Positions 42,491 to 56,199 of a DNA stretch of 64,000 nt are shown in pieces. Position numbers and translations under genes: made by a program. The notes beneath the pieces are model-generated. The model saw nothing but the letters and a program-made list of their open reading frames with translations, was not told where the DNA came from and ran no database searches. Position 1 is the first letter of the stretch; each line of letters starts with the position of its first letter. This stretch comes from Octopus sinensis. Its lineage: Eukaryota. Location of the stretch: the NCBI RefSeq assembly GCF_006345805.1, contig NC_043004.1, positions 99,696,001-99,760,000 on the forward strand, read 5' to 3'.

Positions 42491-44058
42491 AGGAATGATA
42501 CTAGAGATTGTTTTGATATACCTATGGGAGCACCAGATTCTGCACAGGCTACTGATTTAGTAGGTATTTTTCTTTTATCTGAACTCCAATTAGAAAATCT
42601 TAAGATAGAGGGTGGTTTATATAGAGACGATCTTCTACTAGTTACAAAGAATTGTACTAATAGGAATCTAGAAGTATATAAGAAAAAACTATATAGTTTC
42701 TTTAAAAGATATGGTTTACGTATTACTATATATAAGGAGAATTATAATGTTAATTATTTAGATGTTAATTTTAATCTTATTACAGGTAAAAGACAACCAT
42801 ATCATAAACTTAATGAGAACCTTAGATATATAAATGTTAATAGTAATCACCCATTTTCTATTAAAAAATCGTTGATTAATAATATAAGTAAACGTATTTC
42901 ATTACTCTCTTATGATATAGAGATTTTTAATAAACATGCTAATTATTATAATGAGGCCCTTAGAGGGGCAGGTTATAATAAGAATATTAAATTTTATAAT
43001 ATTAGCGATAATGATTTAAATGATAATTTTCGAGATACTTCTAATAATAATTATAATTTTGTTACGTTTAGTGGTAAAAATAATAGATATTATAAAAAAA
43101 ATAATAAAAATGATAAAAATATAAATAAGAATAATAATAATAATAAATATAATAATAATAATATAAATAAGAATAATATAAATAAAAATAAATTTAATAA
43201 TTATTATAATAATTATATTGATAAATTTAATAATATTAATAATTCCTTAAATGCTGTACATAGATATAATTCTGATAATAATTTTAATAAAATAAAGAAT
43301 TATAAATATATTTATAATAATGATAATAATAATAAGGTTAATAAGAATAAAATTTGGTTAATAGTTCCTTATGGAGATCAAGTTAAAACGAATATTATTA
43401 AAGAGATTTTAGATGTTATAGAACTATTTATTAGAGATAATCGTAAATATAGAAACATTTTTTCTCTTTAATAATTTTGGAGTTGGTTACTCTACCACTA
43501 ATAATGTTGGTAACATTATTTCTTCATTTAATAAATATAAACTGAATAATTTTTATAAAAAGAAATTATTTGATAATAATATTAATAATGATAAGACTTA
43601 TATTAATTGTACATGTAGAGATAAATCTAATTGTATATTAAATAATAATTGTGATATTAACGATGTAGTGTATAAATGTATAGTTACATTACATGATAAT
43701 AACTTTAAGAATAATAATTACACAAAAGCGGTTTATATAGGTTCTACTTCTTCAAAAATAAAACTAAGAATTGCACAACATATGAATTCTTTTAAAATAA
43801 AAACTTAATCAACTCAACCGGACTTAGTAAGTATATTTGGAGTCTTAAATCACTAAATATTAATTATAGTTTAATATGGGAAATAATTTGTAAAACTAAA
43901 TCATATAATATAGGAGCTAATTGTTGTTATTTATGCTCTAATGAGTTTAAAGAAATTTTATTTTATAAGTATGATAATTTACTTAATACTGGGGAGGAGC
44001 GCAAATAAAATGTAGACACAAGTTACTTTACTTATATAATAAGTTTCATGATAAATAG
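42491..44058 (+). pseudogene. PLE reverse transcriptase (C-terminal half) + Asn-rich linker + GIY-YIG endonuclease, with about three 1-nt frameshifts
   Basis: FDIPMGAPDSAQATDLVG, GGLYRDDLL, VNYLDVNFNL, YINVNSNHP (ORF 42524-43471). A shifted frame gives CTCRDKSNCILNNNC, VVYKCIV...VYIGSTS...LRIAQH, then LSKYIWSLK, CCYLC..E, LLN, KCRH, with stop TAG at 44056-44058. Confidence 0.9.
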
Positions 44059-46933
44059 CAATAATAGTTCCCTTTTAGGTTATTTTAGTTTAGTTTAAAT
44101 TAGTTTAGATGATATATTTTTGGTTATGTTGTCTAGGATTTAATTATAGTTAGTCTTTATTGATATTTCTTTGTTTTAATTAGTTCATTTTTAATGTATA
44201 TTAATTTAGCAGTTTATGGTACGTTAAAACTTTAATAATTTATATTAGATTTTTTTATTTTTTATTTTTATTTTTATTTATTTTATTTTATTATGTATTT
44301 TTATTTTGCATTTGTTATATGTATTTTGAGGATATATTTATATGTTTTTGGGTGTTATTTAGTGGTGTTTTTATTGAGTTTTGTATGTATGTGTGAATGT
44401 TTAAGATCCCTTTGTTTTTTGTTTTTTATTTGCATGTTGAATTGACAGATTTTATTTGGGTATTGTCTTTTATAATAAAGTACACACCCATAACAATTAT
44501 AAGTGCCCACTTCATTCGTTGTACTTGGGTTTGCATGTGAGCCTCAGCATATGCACCTAACGGCCACTCCAGCCCCACATGGATAAATAAACACATACAT
44601 CCCCTAAAAATAAAAAAAAAAATAAAAAAAAAAAAAAAAGCCCTAATATACAGAACATACTAATAATCACCAACTAACCACCATCACAAATGAAACCCAC
44701 ACCCATACAATGACAAAACTCCCCCATACCCTATTTACACCTACATAGTAATCCCAATATATTCTTCCATACATGGACGCAAGTGCGTGAAGCACAAGAA
44801 CATAATAGTACGTACAACCCCTAATACACACTAATATATACGTATCAAGCTCGACCTCCACAGTGATAAGTTTACACATAATCACACCCAGATGGGTGAA
44901 TTGCACAACCAGTGAATGCTCACACATACGGGCGCGATTACATTGTTGCATATATCGAGCCAAAATAGTATGCATATGTACATGTGAGGGGTACACGTAA
45001 ATGAAGTGAGCGTGTACCCCCTGTATTTATACCCGTGCGTGAATATACACATGGAGACTACCACACAGGTACAAATGTGATTAGAAATGGGAGCCCCATC
45101 ACTACACTTAATGTATACTCTCACCCATCCGCACGGATGTGTAAGTGTATCTCCGGGTATATGTTGAGGCTTATATGTAGAGTTGTTGAAGGGAACGTCG
45201 TTGAAATGTGAATGAATGGGTAGAGTTGGGAATTGTAACCGGGTGGTGGACTAGTGTTGCTTGGAATTGTGAATGGATTAGGGTGGTAATGAGGTAGGCA
45301 TTGAGTATGGGTTACTGTAAGTTGTTTGTTAGAGTTGCTAGGGTGAGCTAAAGCTCATAAATGTATATAATTGATTTTTCATGATAGTTTTTAAAGAATC
45401 CATTCATAATAAATTTTTTTTAAGTAGCGTTGGTTTGCTACGTGGATATAGTTTTTAGTTCCATTTATTATATTTCTCCATTCATACTATGAATGACGTT
45501 TACTTTCTATGGCGCGTATTCTTTTTTTACATTAGTTATTTCCATGGTAACGTAATTTTGTTTGGTTTTTTAACGGCTAATAATCTAATTTCACTTCATA
45601 ATTTGTAACTGAATTGTAAGTATGTATTTGATTTATCCTTATGTCATAATGTTATTTTTGATATTCTGGTTAATTACGATGTATTTATTGTTGTTTTCAT
45701 AAGAGTGTTTATGTATATGAGATTGGTTGTGAGTTTTTAATTGTATAATTAATTTATTTATCTGTATGAGTGTGGGTGTAAATATTGTTGTATATATCGA
45801 GTTTTAGTGAGTATGTATATGCGTATATGTGAGGGAGCATATGTATCTGTTGTGTGTGTGTGTTTTGCGTGTGTGTGTGTTTGTGTGTGAATGTGTATTT
45901 GGGTTTGTTATTTAGGATTTGGGATGTATGTGTTAATTTGTCTGTGTGGGGAGGAGTGGTTTTTGGTGTATATTGAGGTTTATAAGTTAGTATAGGTTTG
46001 TGTATAAGTCTTGGGTCTGTGGTTTACGTGTGGGTTTTTTGTGTGTGAATGTTTAGGTTAGGGGGATTGCTATATAAGTTTGTTATAGGGTTTAGCAAAG
46101 GGAGATTTTATCGTTATATGCTTTTATGAGTTTTGGTTTATCATGGTTTTTTTTAGGTAATTCGTGGTATATTTGTCTATTTTAGGTGTTGGTTATTTTT
46201 TTACATTGTTTCATTCATAATTTTTGAGTGGTGTTCGTTTTGCCACGTGAATAACCGGGTGGTGGACTAGCGTTGCTTGGAATGTGAATGGAATAGTGTA
46301 GTAGTGAGGTAGGCATAGAGAATGGGATTGGGTTACTGTAAGTTGTTTGTTAGAGATGCTAAGGTGAGTTAAAGCTCATAAATGTATATAATGTTTTTTG
46401 TGGGTGTGTAAGTATTGTTGTATATGTCGAGTTTAGTGAGTATGTATAGGCGTATATGTGAGGGAGTATATGTATCTTTTGTGTGTGAGTGTTTTGCGTG
46501 TGAGTGTGTGTTTTGTGTGTGAATGTGTATATGGGTTTGTTATTTAGGTTTTGGAATGTATGTGTTAATTTGTCTGTGTGGGGAGGGAGTGGGTTTTGGT
46601 GTATATTGAGGTTTATAAGTTAGTATAGGTATGTGTATAAGTCGTGAGTCTGTGGTTTACGTGTGTGTATTTGTGTGTGAATGTTTAGGTTAGGGGTTTA
46701 CTTTATAGGTTTGTTATAGAGTTTAGCAAAGGGAGATTTTATCGTTATATGTTTTTAAGAGTTTTGTTTTATCATGGTTTTTTTAGGGAATTCGTGGTAA
46801 TTAGTCTATATTTTCGATATGGATTATATATAGGTTATATATGGATTATATACTTATATTTTTTCATTTATACTTTAATTATTTAAAAGTATTATTTTTA
46901 TATTTTAAAATTTTGATTTTTTAGATTGGAAGT

Positions 46934-46976
46934 CCACCTGAAGATTGTCGATCAAGACAAGAAACGATTGTAGTGG
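46934..46976 (+). ncRNA. Minimal type I hammerhead ribozyme (right arm of the PLE)
   Basis: CCAC [CTGAAGA] TTGTC-gatcaa-GACAA [GAAA] CGATTG [TA] GTGG. GUA triplet, predicted cut after 46972. Confidence 0.8.
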
Positions 46977-47062
46977 CGGTTTTTTTGACTATTTATTAAA
47001 TTTTATGTATTGATTAAGTCTTTCCTTGTTTGTTTTGCAAAATAGTGGTTTTGTCTCAAATA

Positions 47063-47103
<41 letters not shown>

Positions 47104-49197
47104 GTGTGTACGTGCGCGCGAGTAGGTATATATGTATACATATATATTCTAGTTTGTGAGTGCGCGTGCGTATTTATGCGCTGTGCTGCATGTATATATG
47201 TATGTAAGTAAAATCAACATTGCCTACTTTTATCTTCCATTATGTGATATATCTCAACATTTTAAAAAATATATTTTTCATGTGTCTTCCATTTTCATAC
47301 GTTATTAAATATGAAACAATCTTACTTTATTTCGTTTGAGGTTACGCATTTTACAATGCAAGTGAGCAATATATATACCAATAAATTTTCCCGACGTTGA
47401 TTCAATATATTTGTGTCATCGACTGAGACACGTATAAACACAAATGCACATGCATATATTCATGTGTACATCAATACATACATACATACATTTATGCGTA
47501 CATACAAATATACATAGCTATGTACATAATTATGAAAGAATATATGTATACAAGTGGTCTCTAAGATTTCTTTGCATTAGATATTTGCGGAGGACTAAAG
47601 AGAGTACGTTATTTCGTTTACGTTTCATTGCTTCAAGATATAATGTGTTAAGTCTGATAACCTACTTAATGTTATGGCATTTGTGATTTCTAAAAGTGCA
47701 GCCTGGAAGTGAGTACAATACGTACGCTTTTCTAAAAACAAGAGTGTAAAACAGACTGTCGGTATATGTTTAGTATTTGTGTGCATGTATATGTTTCCAG
47801 CATAGTTATTATGTGTTTATGTGTGAGTGTCTGTGTGTCTGTCTATATCTGTGTATATCTATATTTGTGTGTGTGTATATACACATATATAGATATATAC
47901 ACACAGGTATATGTATGTGTTCTTGTGTGAATGAACATGTATGTATATATGTAAGTGTGTATTGAACTATAGTCAAAATGATTCTAACGAGCCCTAGAAA
48001 ACCACAGACATAAAACATTCAGTGACGATAAGCCTGAAGCCATACTCCATGGCGTACATGATAACAAAAGATAACCTTACAACAATAAGAAAATAAATTC
48101 TCCACAAGAAACTAAACTTTTCGTTATAACAAATAATAACACCAGCATCAAAATATGCAAGGGTGACTGAATTAGTTATTGATATAGATTTTTTTTTATT
48201 ACAAAATCAATAATTTATCAGCGAAAAATATCAGTTAATTCGTTAAGGTTTAGACATTTAAATATTAAAATAAGTAAAATATGAGGGCCAGTAAATGCAC
48301 AAATTGGAACCACTTTTTACCCCAACACTGACGGTGAATTCAACTCAGCTTATATGTAGAATAAACCTACACAAACTAAACAATCCTTCCAAACGATAAT
48401 GTATTCCGTAAATATTCTTATATACAACATCAGAAACAAATTAGATAATTTTGTCAATGAATAATCAGGGAAGTCATGTCTATGGAAAAGCGAGTCCAAC
48501 GAAGAAGGTAATGCTGCATATTAGAGGTCGAAAATTCACGCATCAACTTCTGAACAGCATAGTGATATCCTAAACAATTCGCCACAAAATATATGATTAT
48601 GGAAAAATTACTCAGAACAGGGAATAGTGAAAAAACTAAACACTCATAATTACTCTCGTCACAAAAAGAACTAAGCACTTCACTGATGATATATAAGTCT
48701 AACACAAAATCCAAATGGCTTTAGAAATAGGAACAAGATTCGCTCGCTTCAAGTTTTGCTCATTCCAAGTTTCGACATGCCATTTATACGTACAAGATGG
48801 TACTCTCCCTAGAAATAAAAGAGGAGTGTCGTTTCACTAAACAAAACTTAACTAAAATAGAAATTAACTAGACTAAATGCATTTTTTTCTGTCCAAGATG
48901 ACATAAAGACCAGTACGTAACCAACTTTCTTAAATATTCATTTAAAAGAACAGAGTTGTCTAAAACGGTGTTTACAAATACATTCGTAGCCCAACTCTCT
49001 CTAGATATATTTATCTATCTATCTATTTATCTGGGTATGCATATATATCTGCGTATTACATTTACAGATATATATATATATATACATACATACATATATA
49101 TATATAAATGTAGGCATATATGCATATATGTATATATGTATGTTAATAATTATCGCCATACTTATATAGCAGTCTTATAAATATAAGACTAAAGCTG

Positions 49198-49237
<40 letters not shown>

Positions 49238-49262
49238 CATGCATGTATGTATATACACACAC

Positions 49263-49498
49263 GACCGACTTCTTTCAGTTTCCGGATGCTAAATGCACCC
49301 ATAAGGCTTTGGTCCGCCCGAGGCTATAGTAGAAGTCACATACCTAAGGTGTCACACAGTGGGACTGAACCGGAAAGATGTTCGGAAGGAACTTTCTTAC
49401 TACACAGACACGTTGATACACACACACATATATATATATTCTTTTATTCTATATTTGTTTCAGTCATTTAAGTGCGGTCATGCTGGAGCACCGCCTTT
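49263..49498 (-). mobile_element. SINE family B fragments
   Basis: CTTCTTTCAGTTTCCG...GTGGGACTGAACC (5' half) and GTTTCAGTCATTT...CATGCTGGAGCACCGCCTTTA (3' tail). Confidence 0.7.
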
Positions 49499-50424
49499 AT
49501 ATGATTATATATATATATATATATATATACACATAAATTATTTATATTATTATATTATTCAACGCCATGCATCTTAATAATTTTGATGCGACTCTACCCT
49601 GTACTGTTCTCTCTGTCTTCCTTTCTCTAATTCCTTTTCCCCTTCTCCCTTTCACCGTTTTCTATCTGTCTCTCTCTCCCTCTTCCTACCTTCTCTCTCT
49701 CTCTTTCTCGTTGCTCACACATGACCATCGTCCATCTTTCTTTTCCTTCAATTTTTCGCGCAGATCAGACGCATTGTTATCTGTCTCCTCTATCTTTTCT
49801 CTTGTCACAGAATTTTCTTCCAGTGTTCGCTAACTTACCTCGTCTGGCCTAATGGCCCTCCATGCTTGTTTTCATTAGGTTTGATGTATGTCTCCACAGT
49901 CCTGTTTTTGTTACCAACTTTGAACTTCCGTAAATCTCAAATTTTGTTTTGGTTCGCGGAGCAACTGTTTTTCGAAGCCTCATATTGTGGTAAATTGCTC
50001 GAAATATGGAGAAGATGAACAGACGCCAACTGGTGAAGGATTGTTCTGTATGTTACTTGTATTGTTTTCCATTTGTTTCTCTTGATGTTCGCATGCTTAA
50101 GTTTGCCTTCGTATTTCATGTTGTTTACGTTTTGTGATATCCTGTACCTGTATATGCATATATATCTAACATATACATTCCTTTCTGTCTATCTGTCTGT
50201 TTGTGCGCTAATAACTCGAGTATTGTTCATCTGATTGCGCTGAAATTTTAAACATGGATACAGAAGAGAGCAGGGTGTTCGAAAAATTTAAAAGATTTTC
50301 AAAATTGTCAGTTTCAAAGTGGGAATCGCTATTTTTTTTATTTTGCTTTGTCTTGTTTCTTCCGCCATTAAAAGCAACGAGTTGCTCAGATAGCCGCCAC
50401 ATACCCTTTCGTTGACAACAAGTG

Positions 50425-50850
50425 TTAGCTTCCAGGAAGATATTCTCCTCGGACTTTTCCATGAAGTAACTGCTCCCCTTCCTCCTCTTCAGCTCCCCCT
50501 CCTTGGACTTTTCCAGAAAGTTCCCTTCCTTACACTTTTTCAGGAAGCTCACAACCACCTTTCTCCTCTTCAGCACCCTTCCTTAGACTTTTCCAGGAAG
50601 TCCCCTCCTCACACTTTTCTAGGGAATCCTCCTAGGAATTTTCCGAGAATTCCCTGTTCCCGGAACTTTCCAGGAAGTACTCTCTCCACGTACTTTTCCA
50701 GGAAAACCCCTCTTCCAAACTTTACAGGAAGTTCTCCCTCCCCTTCCACCCCTTCAGCTCCCCCTCCCTGGAAATTTCTGGGTAGTTCCCCTCCTCGGAT
50801 ATTTCCAGCATGTACTCCCTCCCCTTCGTCCCCTTCAGCTCTCCACCTTG
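50425..50850. repeat. C/T-rich degenerate minisatellite (ACTTTTCCAGGAAG...CCCCTCC units)
   Basis: About 10 imperfect recurrences of TTTTCCAGGAA and CAGCTCCCC. It is preceded at 50185-50270 by a Helitron/Helentron-like CTGTCTGTTTGT...CTGAAATTT start. Confidence 0.6.
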
Positions 50851-50995
50851 GAAGTCGTGAAGGCCAGTTGACATTGCTGTAGCAGGAGATTATTCTCTCA
50901 CCAAAGCACTGCCATAGCAACTTTATTGTTTCTCTTGCGGTCCCATCTTGCTGAAACCAAGTGTGAGGTCTACTTTGAATCGCCTTCACGTTCCC
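50849..50995 (-). pseudogene. Tc1/mariner transposase catalytic-domain fragment
   Basis: WFQQDGTARETIKLLWQCFGERIIS...NWPSRLP matches the WFQQDGA.AH...WP.RSPDL pattern. Confidence 0.8.
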
Positions 50996-51284
50996 CAGAC
51001 TTGACTAGCCTCATCTTTTCTTCCGGGAATACCTGAAAGAGAGAGAGTTTACATCAATAAAAACAGAGACATAGGTGCAACTGAAGGTAATCAATAGAGA
51101 AATCAGAAAAGTGGGCTCTGAAACTCTTCTGTGAGTTATGGTGCAAGTGATGGAAAGAGCACGGGCGTGCGAAGCTGAAAACGAGTGCCATTGAAGCCTT
51201 GTAAATACATTTATGTATGTACATATATGCATGTATATATGCATATTTATATTCTTTATTCATACACACACACATGTACACACA

Positions 51285-51336
<52 letters not shown>

Positions 51337-51354
51337 TATATATATATATATATG

Positions 51355-51690
51355 AGAGACCTCCTTCGGTCATGAATGACCATGGGATTGCACCTACAAA
51401 GTTACCCTCGGAGGTACAAATTCGGGCAAGGTTGTTTATGGAAGGTCAGCAGTTGCCCATGCATACCAGCCTCTCCTCTCCACATCACTGATGTTATCCA
51501 AGGGAAAAGCAAAGGGGCCAATACAACTTGGCACCAGTGATGCCACAACTCATTTCTACAGCTGAGTGAACTGGACCAACGTGAAACAAAGTGTCTTGCT
51601 GAAGAACACACGCAGCCCGGTCCGGGAATCGGACTCAGAACCTCACTATCTTAAGCTCGACGCTCTAACCATTAAGCCATGCGCCTTCAC
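51355..51690 (-). mobile_element. SINE family C, uninterrupted copy
   Basis: Minus-strand head GTGAAGGCGCATGGCTTAATGGTTAGAGCG...GATTCCCGGACCGG; collinear with 4655-5220. Confidence 0.85.
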
Positions 51691-51712
51691 ACACACATAC
51701 ACACACACACAA

Positions 51713-51786
<74 letters not shown>

Positions 51787-52498
51787 CGGCGCAATATAAA
51801 CAAAGTAGCGTTTCGAAACCCCTGCATTATTCTTGCTAGAAAACCAGAGTCAGGTGTGATATTGGTGCTGGATTCAATCGACTAAATTAGATAAGTACCC
51901 AACTTAACCTTATCACGGTTAAAAATATTACAGTACTCTTGCATACACACACACAAAGACTTATACACTCATGTCTGCGTGTATGTATGTTTTTATGTGT
52001 GCGTGTCAGGGGAGAGAGAGGGTGTGGAGGGAGGGATAATAAAATCTTAAGCCGACTTCAATTTCAGCCTGTAAATTCGGCTGTCACCTATTTATTAGTC
52101 AAATACCAATTAACAAAGTCTGGAGACATTAAAGTCCAAAGCTTTAAGTCAGAAGATACGAAATATCAGGTTACATCTGAGATACCATTTCAGTGAGGCA
52201 CTAGGTTAACCAAACGTAGAAATAAAAAAAATAATGGTATTTCCTTTTATTGATCATGTAAAATAGGTGAAATTTTAAGATTAATGGTTGATACCTTTTA
52301 TATATGGCCTACATCCGTAACGGACTAGAAGTTGCGCCTGCGTGTAAATATATGTACATGTGTGTGTGTGTGTGTGTGTGTGTCTGTGTGTGTCTCAGTT
52401 TGTGTATGCGTGTCTGTATGTGTCTTGGTGTATCTGTGTAAATAATAATAGATATATAAATACCTAATATATATTTATGTTTATATACACATATATAT

Positions 52499-52735
52499 GT
52501 GGAGGCGCGTGACTTAGTAGTTAGGTTGTCAGCATCATGATCGTAAGTTTGTGGTTTCGATTCCTGGACCGGACGACACGCTGTGTTCTTGAGCAAAACA
52601 TTTACTTTCACGTTGAGCCAGTCCACTCAGCTGGCAAAAATGAGTAACGCTGCGATGGACTGGCGTCCAGTCCTGCCGGAGAACACACAAGCCATTGAAA
52701 GCAGGAAACCAGGCCAGGCTTTAAAAGGGCGCATT
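52499..52735 (+). mobile_element. tRNA-derived SINE with head related to family C
   Basis: GGAGGCGCGTGACTTAGTAGTTAGG...GGTTTCGATTCC and central CTGCGATGGACTGGCGTCC. Related fragment on minus at 63380-63480. Confidence 0.75.
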
Positions 52736-52913
52736 TATTATTTATTTACATATATATATATACGCACACTAAGATAGCTATTCAGACTGATAGACAGATA
52801 GTTAAATAGATAGATAAATATCAACAGTCAAAAAGTGTGGCCGCCCTTCATGCATGATTTGCATATAACACATTGAAGACAAAGCATAACTTTGAATCAA
52901 GATACATTTCTTG

Positions 52914-52951
<38 letters not shown>

Positions 52952-52954
52952 CAT

Positions 52955-53175
52955 GCTTGTATTTGTGCCTATATTTGTCCCCCACCACCGCTTGACAACC
53001 GGCGCTGGTATGTTTAACTTCCCGTAAATTGGTGGGTCGGCAAAAGTGACTGATAGAATAAGTACCACGCTTTAAAATAAATAAGTACTGGTGTCAAGTC
53101 AGCCAATGAAAAGATTCTCCAAAGCGGTACACCAGCATGGTCGCACTCTAATGTCTGACACATGTAAAGGATAAG
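52955..53175 (+). mobile_element. SINE family B 3' half
   Basis: TTTGTCCCCC...CTTGACAACCGG...GGCAAAAG...CCAGCATGG matches about 3235-3420. Confidence 0.75.
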
Positions 53176-53966
53176 AAATATATTTTTTTATATATATTTT
53201 ATATGACATATATTTATATCCATACAATTACACACGCACACACAAATACGTATATTATGTATATACGTATATATGATATATATATATATATATATATATA
53301 ATAATATATATATATATATATATATAGATATAATAATATATATATTATATATATATAATATATATATATATTATATATATATATATTATATATATATATA
53401 TATATATTATTTGTATATATGTATGTATTTACATATAATCCAAAGAACTTTTCGTTACAGCTTCAATGAAAATTTTATTCCTATGTTACGAAATTTTGCC
53501 CTCCTGAAATGATAAAAGTCGACCCTGGCGAAATTTGAACTCAGGAATTAAAGACTAGCGAAATACAAAAGAAGACACAATAACGCTGCAAAAATGATGC
53601 GTTTGAAGTTGTGTGGCAAGGATGGACTGGATAGAGCAAAGACGTAGTAGGGCAAACTATATCAGTAACCATAAATAATAAGCCAAAAATGACTGTGGGT
53701 TACTATGATCCTATGTGGACATGAAGTTGAAAATCGAAAGCGAGGTGCATTGATGATGGAAAAAGATGGAAAAATGAAACCCGTTTAATCACAGATATTG
53801 CATATACTGGTGATGGCAGAGTATCGGAAAAGGAGTTATTCCGATCAGATATGATTATTTCATATAGGGTAATGAAGTAGGTAAGTGTTAATTTTTTCAC
53901 TGAGCCTCCGATGCTATAAATGCCAAACTCTCAAACTTGATTGAAAAGATAGGTGTAAATCGAAAG

Positions 53967-54250
53967 GTGGAGGCGCAATGGCCCAGTGGTTAGGACAGCG
54001 GACTCGCGGTCATAGGATCGCGGTTTCGATACCCAGACCGGGCGTTGTGAGTGTTTTTTGAGCGAAAACACCTAAAGCTCCACGAGGCTCCGGCAGGGGA
54101 TGGTTGTGATCCCTGCTGTACTCTTTCACCACAACTTTCTCTCACTCTTACTTCCTGTTTTTGTTGTACCTGTATTTCACGAGCAGGCTGTTCCGTTGAT
54201 TCGGATCAACCGGAACCCTCGTCGTCGTAACCGACGGAGTGCTTCCTAGA
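53967..54250 (+). mobile_element. tRNA-derived SINE, family D, with 12-bp TSD
   Basis: A box TGGCCCAGTGG and B-box-like GGTTTCGATACC. TSD GTAAATCGAAAG at 53955-53966 and 54251-54262. Confidence 0.88.
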
Positions 54251-54798
54251 GTAAATCGAAAGATAAATAATTTACAAATAATAGTATTATTTAGAACTGC
54301 ACAAAGCCCCAACAAAATTGTAGAATTCGGAATGAAATGTAGTATCTTAGTCCACCGGTTGTGGACAGCTAACACATCGTTACGTTCTCCTGCGAAGTTT
54401 ATGCTAAACAAGATAAATTAGAAGGATTGTAATAATAAACATTGGTAGTATAAAAAAATATGACACCATTTAAATAACTCGCAGCAACTGTAGTCTTATG
54501 CATGATGCCGAAACAGGATTCAAAAGCAATATATCTTGTTTGTCGGCCTGCTGCTGGTGGAACGGTCGTATTTTGCTTTATATTTCGTTTATATTCACAC
54601 ATGTAAACATCTAAACATATAGTTTGTAGATATGCTCAAATATGTATACATATATGCTTACATATATGCACACACACACGCACACACATATATATGTATG
54701 TGTATATATGTATGTATGTATGTATAAACTTCTATATATATATGTATGTGTGTGTGTGTGTGTGAGTGTGTGTACATATTTAGTATGTATGGGTATGC

Positions 54799-54835
<37 letters not shown>

Positions 54836-55404
54836 TAAATATGCATGTATATACACACATACATCTACATATATACATACTTACAAATAGACGCAGGAAT
54901 TCAAATACGCATTCACACATACGCACACATAAATACACACATGGACGCATACGCATACACACGTGCACGCGCACACGTATATATCTATATACATTTTAAT
55001 TTATGCGAGAAAAATTTCTATAGAACGTTGCGAGGTAACTGTGTGAATGATGTATTGCATATATTCAGGTATATATATTCTCCTTGTGTGAGGAAGAGAA
55101 AGTATGTGTGCGACTGTGAGTGTGAGGGGCGAGGTGCATTGATTTGTGAGCTTCTAAGTGTGATTATGTCCGTGCATCTCCATAAGTTTCCGTTGTGTTT
55201 GGATGTGTATCTATATGAACTAGTCCATATTTGATTTCATGCATGTATCTTGAGATGTATATACGCTTATGAACAATATACACCTATTCATACATACACA
55301 TACATACATATAAACATTTATGTGTGTCTGTCTGTCTCTCTGTGTTGTAGATATATTATGTAATATATCTCTATACGTGCATTTGCGAAATATATATATA
55401 TATC

Positions 55405-55435
<31 letters not shown>

Positions 55436-55451
55436 GTGTATATATATTATA

Positions 55452-55484
<33 letters not shown>

Positions 55485-56150
55485 GATATATATATATGTT
55501 TAATATATATATATATATATAATATAATATATTACGCATATATATACATATGAACATATATATATATATATATATGCATATATATATACATATGTATAAT
55601 ATTATATATATAATATATATGTGTGTGTGTTGTGTGTGTGTTTATTGTGTATTAAATGTATGGATTTATTATATATATGTGTGATTTTTGTTACTATATG
55701 TGTGTCTATTGTACGTAGGTTTGTGTGAGTCAATTTTACACTGAACTGAGTTTGTGCTTGGTATGTCTACTTAATTATTACTGTATACATATGATATATC
55801 TTTTATTCATTGTATGTGCCTCTTAGGTGTGTTATATGCACAAGTATCCATGTTCTTTTGCTTGTTTTTGTTTCCTTTTTACTCTACATGCATGTTGTGA
55901 GCTGATACGCTTACGTCTGTCTGTATAAATATGTGTATTATGTACATTTGTCTAACTGATTTCAGAAGAGTGGATTTGTTCTCATATGTCTGTATGTCAG
56001 TGGGAGCATGTGAATTAATACGTATGTACATAAGATATAACTGTCTTGAAGTATGTGGGGATATATGCATATACATGTGGTATGTATAAATCTATGTGTG
56101 TGTATACATACATACATGAATATATATACACAAACATACATCCATATCGA

Positions 56151-56195
<45 letters not shown>

Positions 56196-56199
<4 letters not shown>

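Larger units (their letters stand above)
39985..47072 (+). mobile_element. Penelope-like retroelement, 5'-truncated, with ~2.4-kb inverted arms, inserted in (TA)n
   Basis: Arms about 40064-42490 and 44652-47072 are near-identical reverse complements around a central RT + GIY-YIG frame. HHR motif in each arm; (TA)n on both flanks. Confidence 0.92.

Noticed and set aside
53967-54045. tRNA gene
   Set aside because: The tRNA-like head continues into a SINE body bounded by TSDs; the same applies to the other SINE heads.
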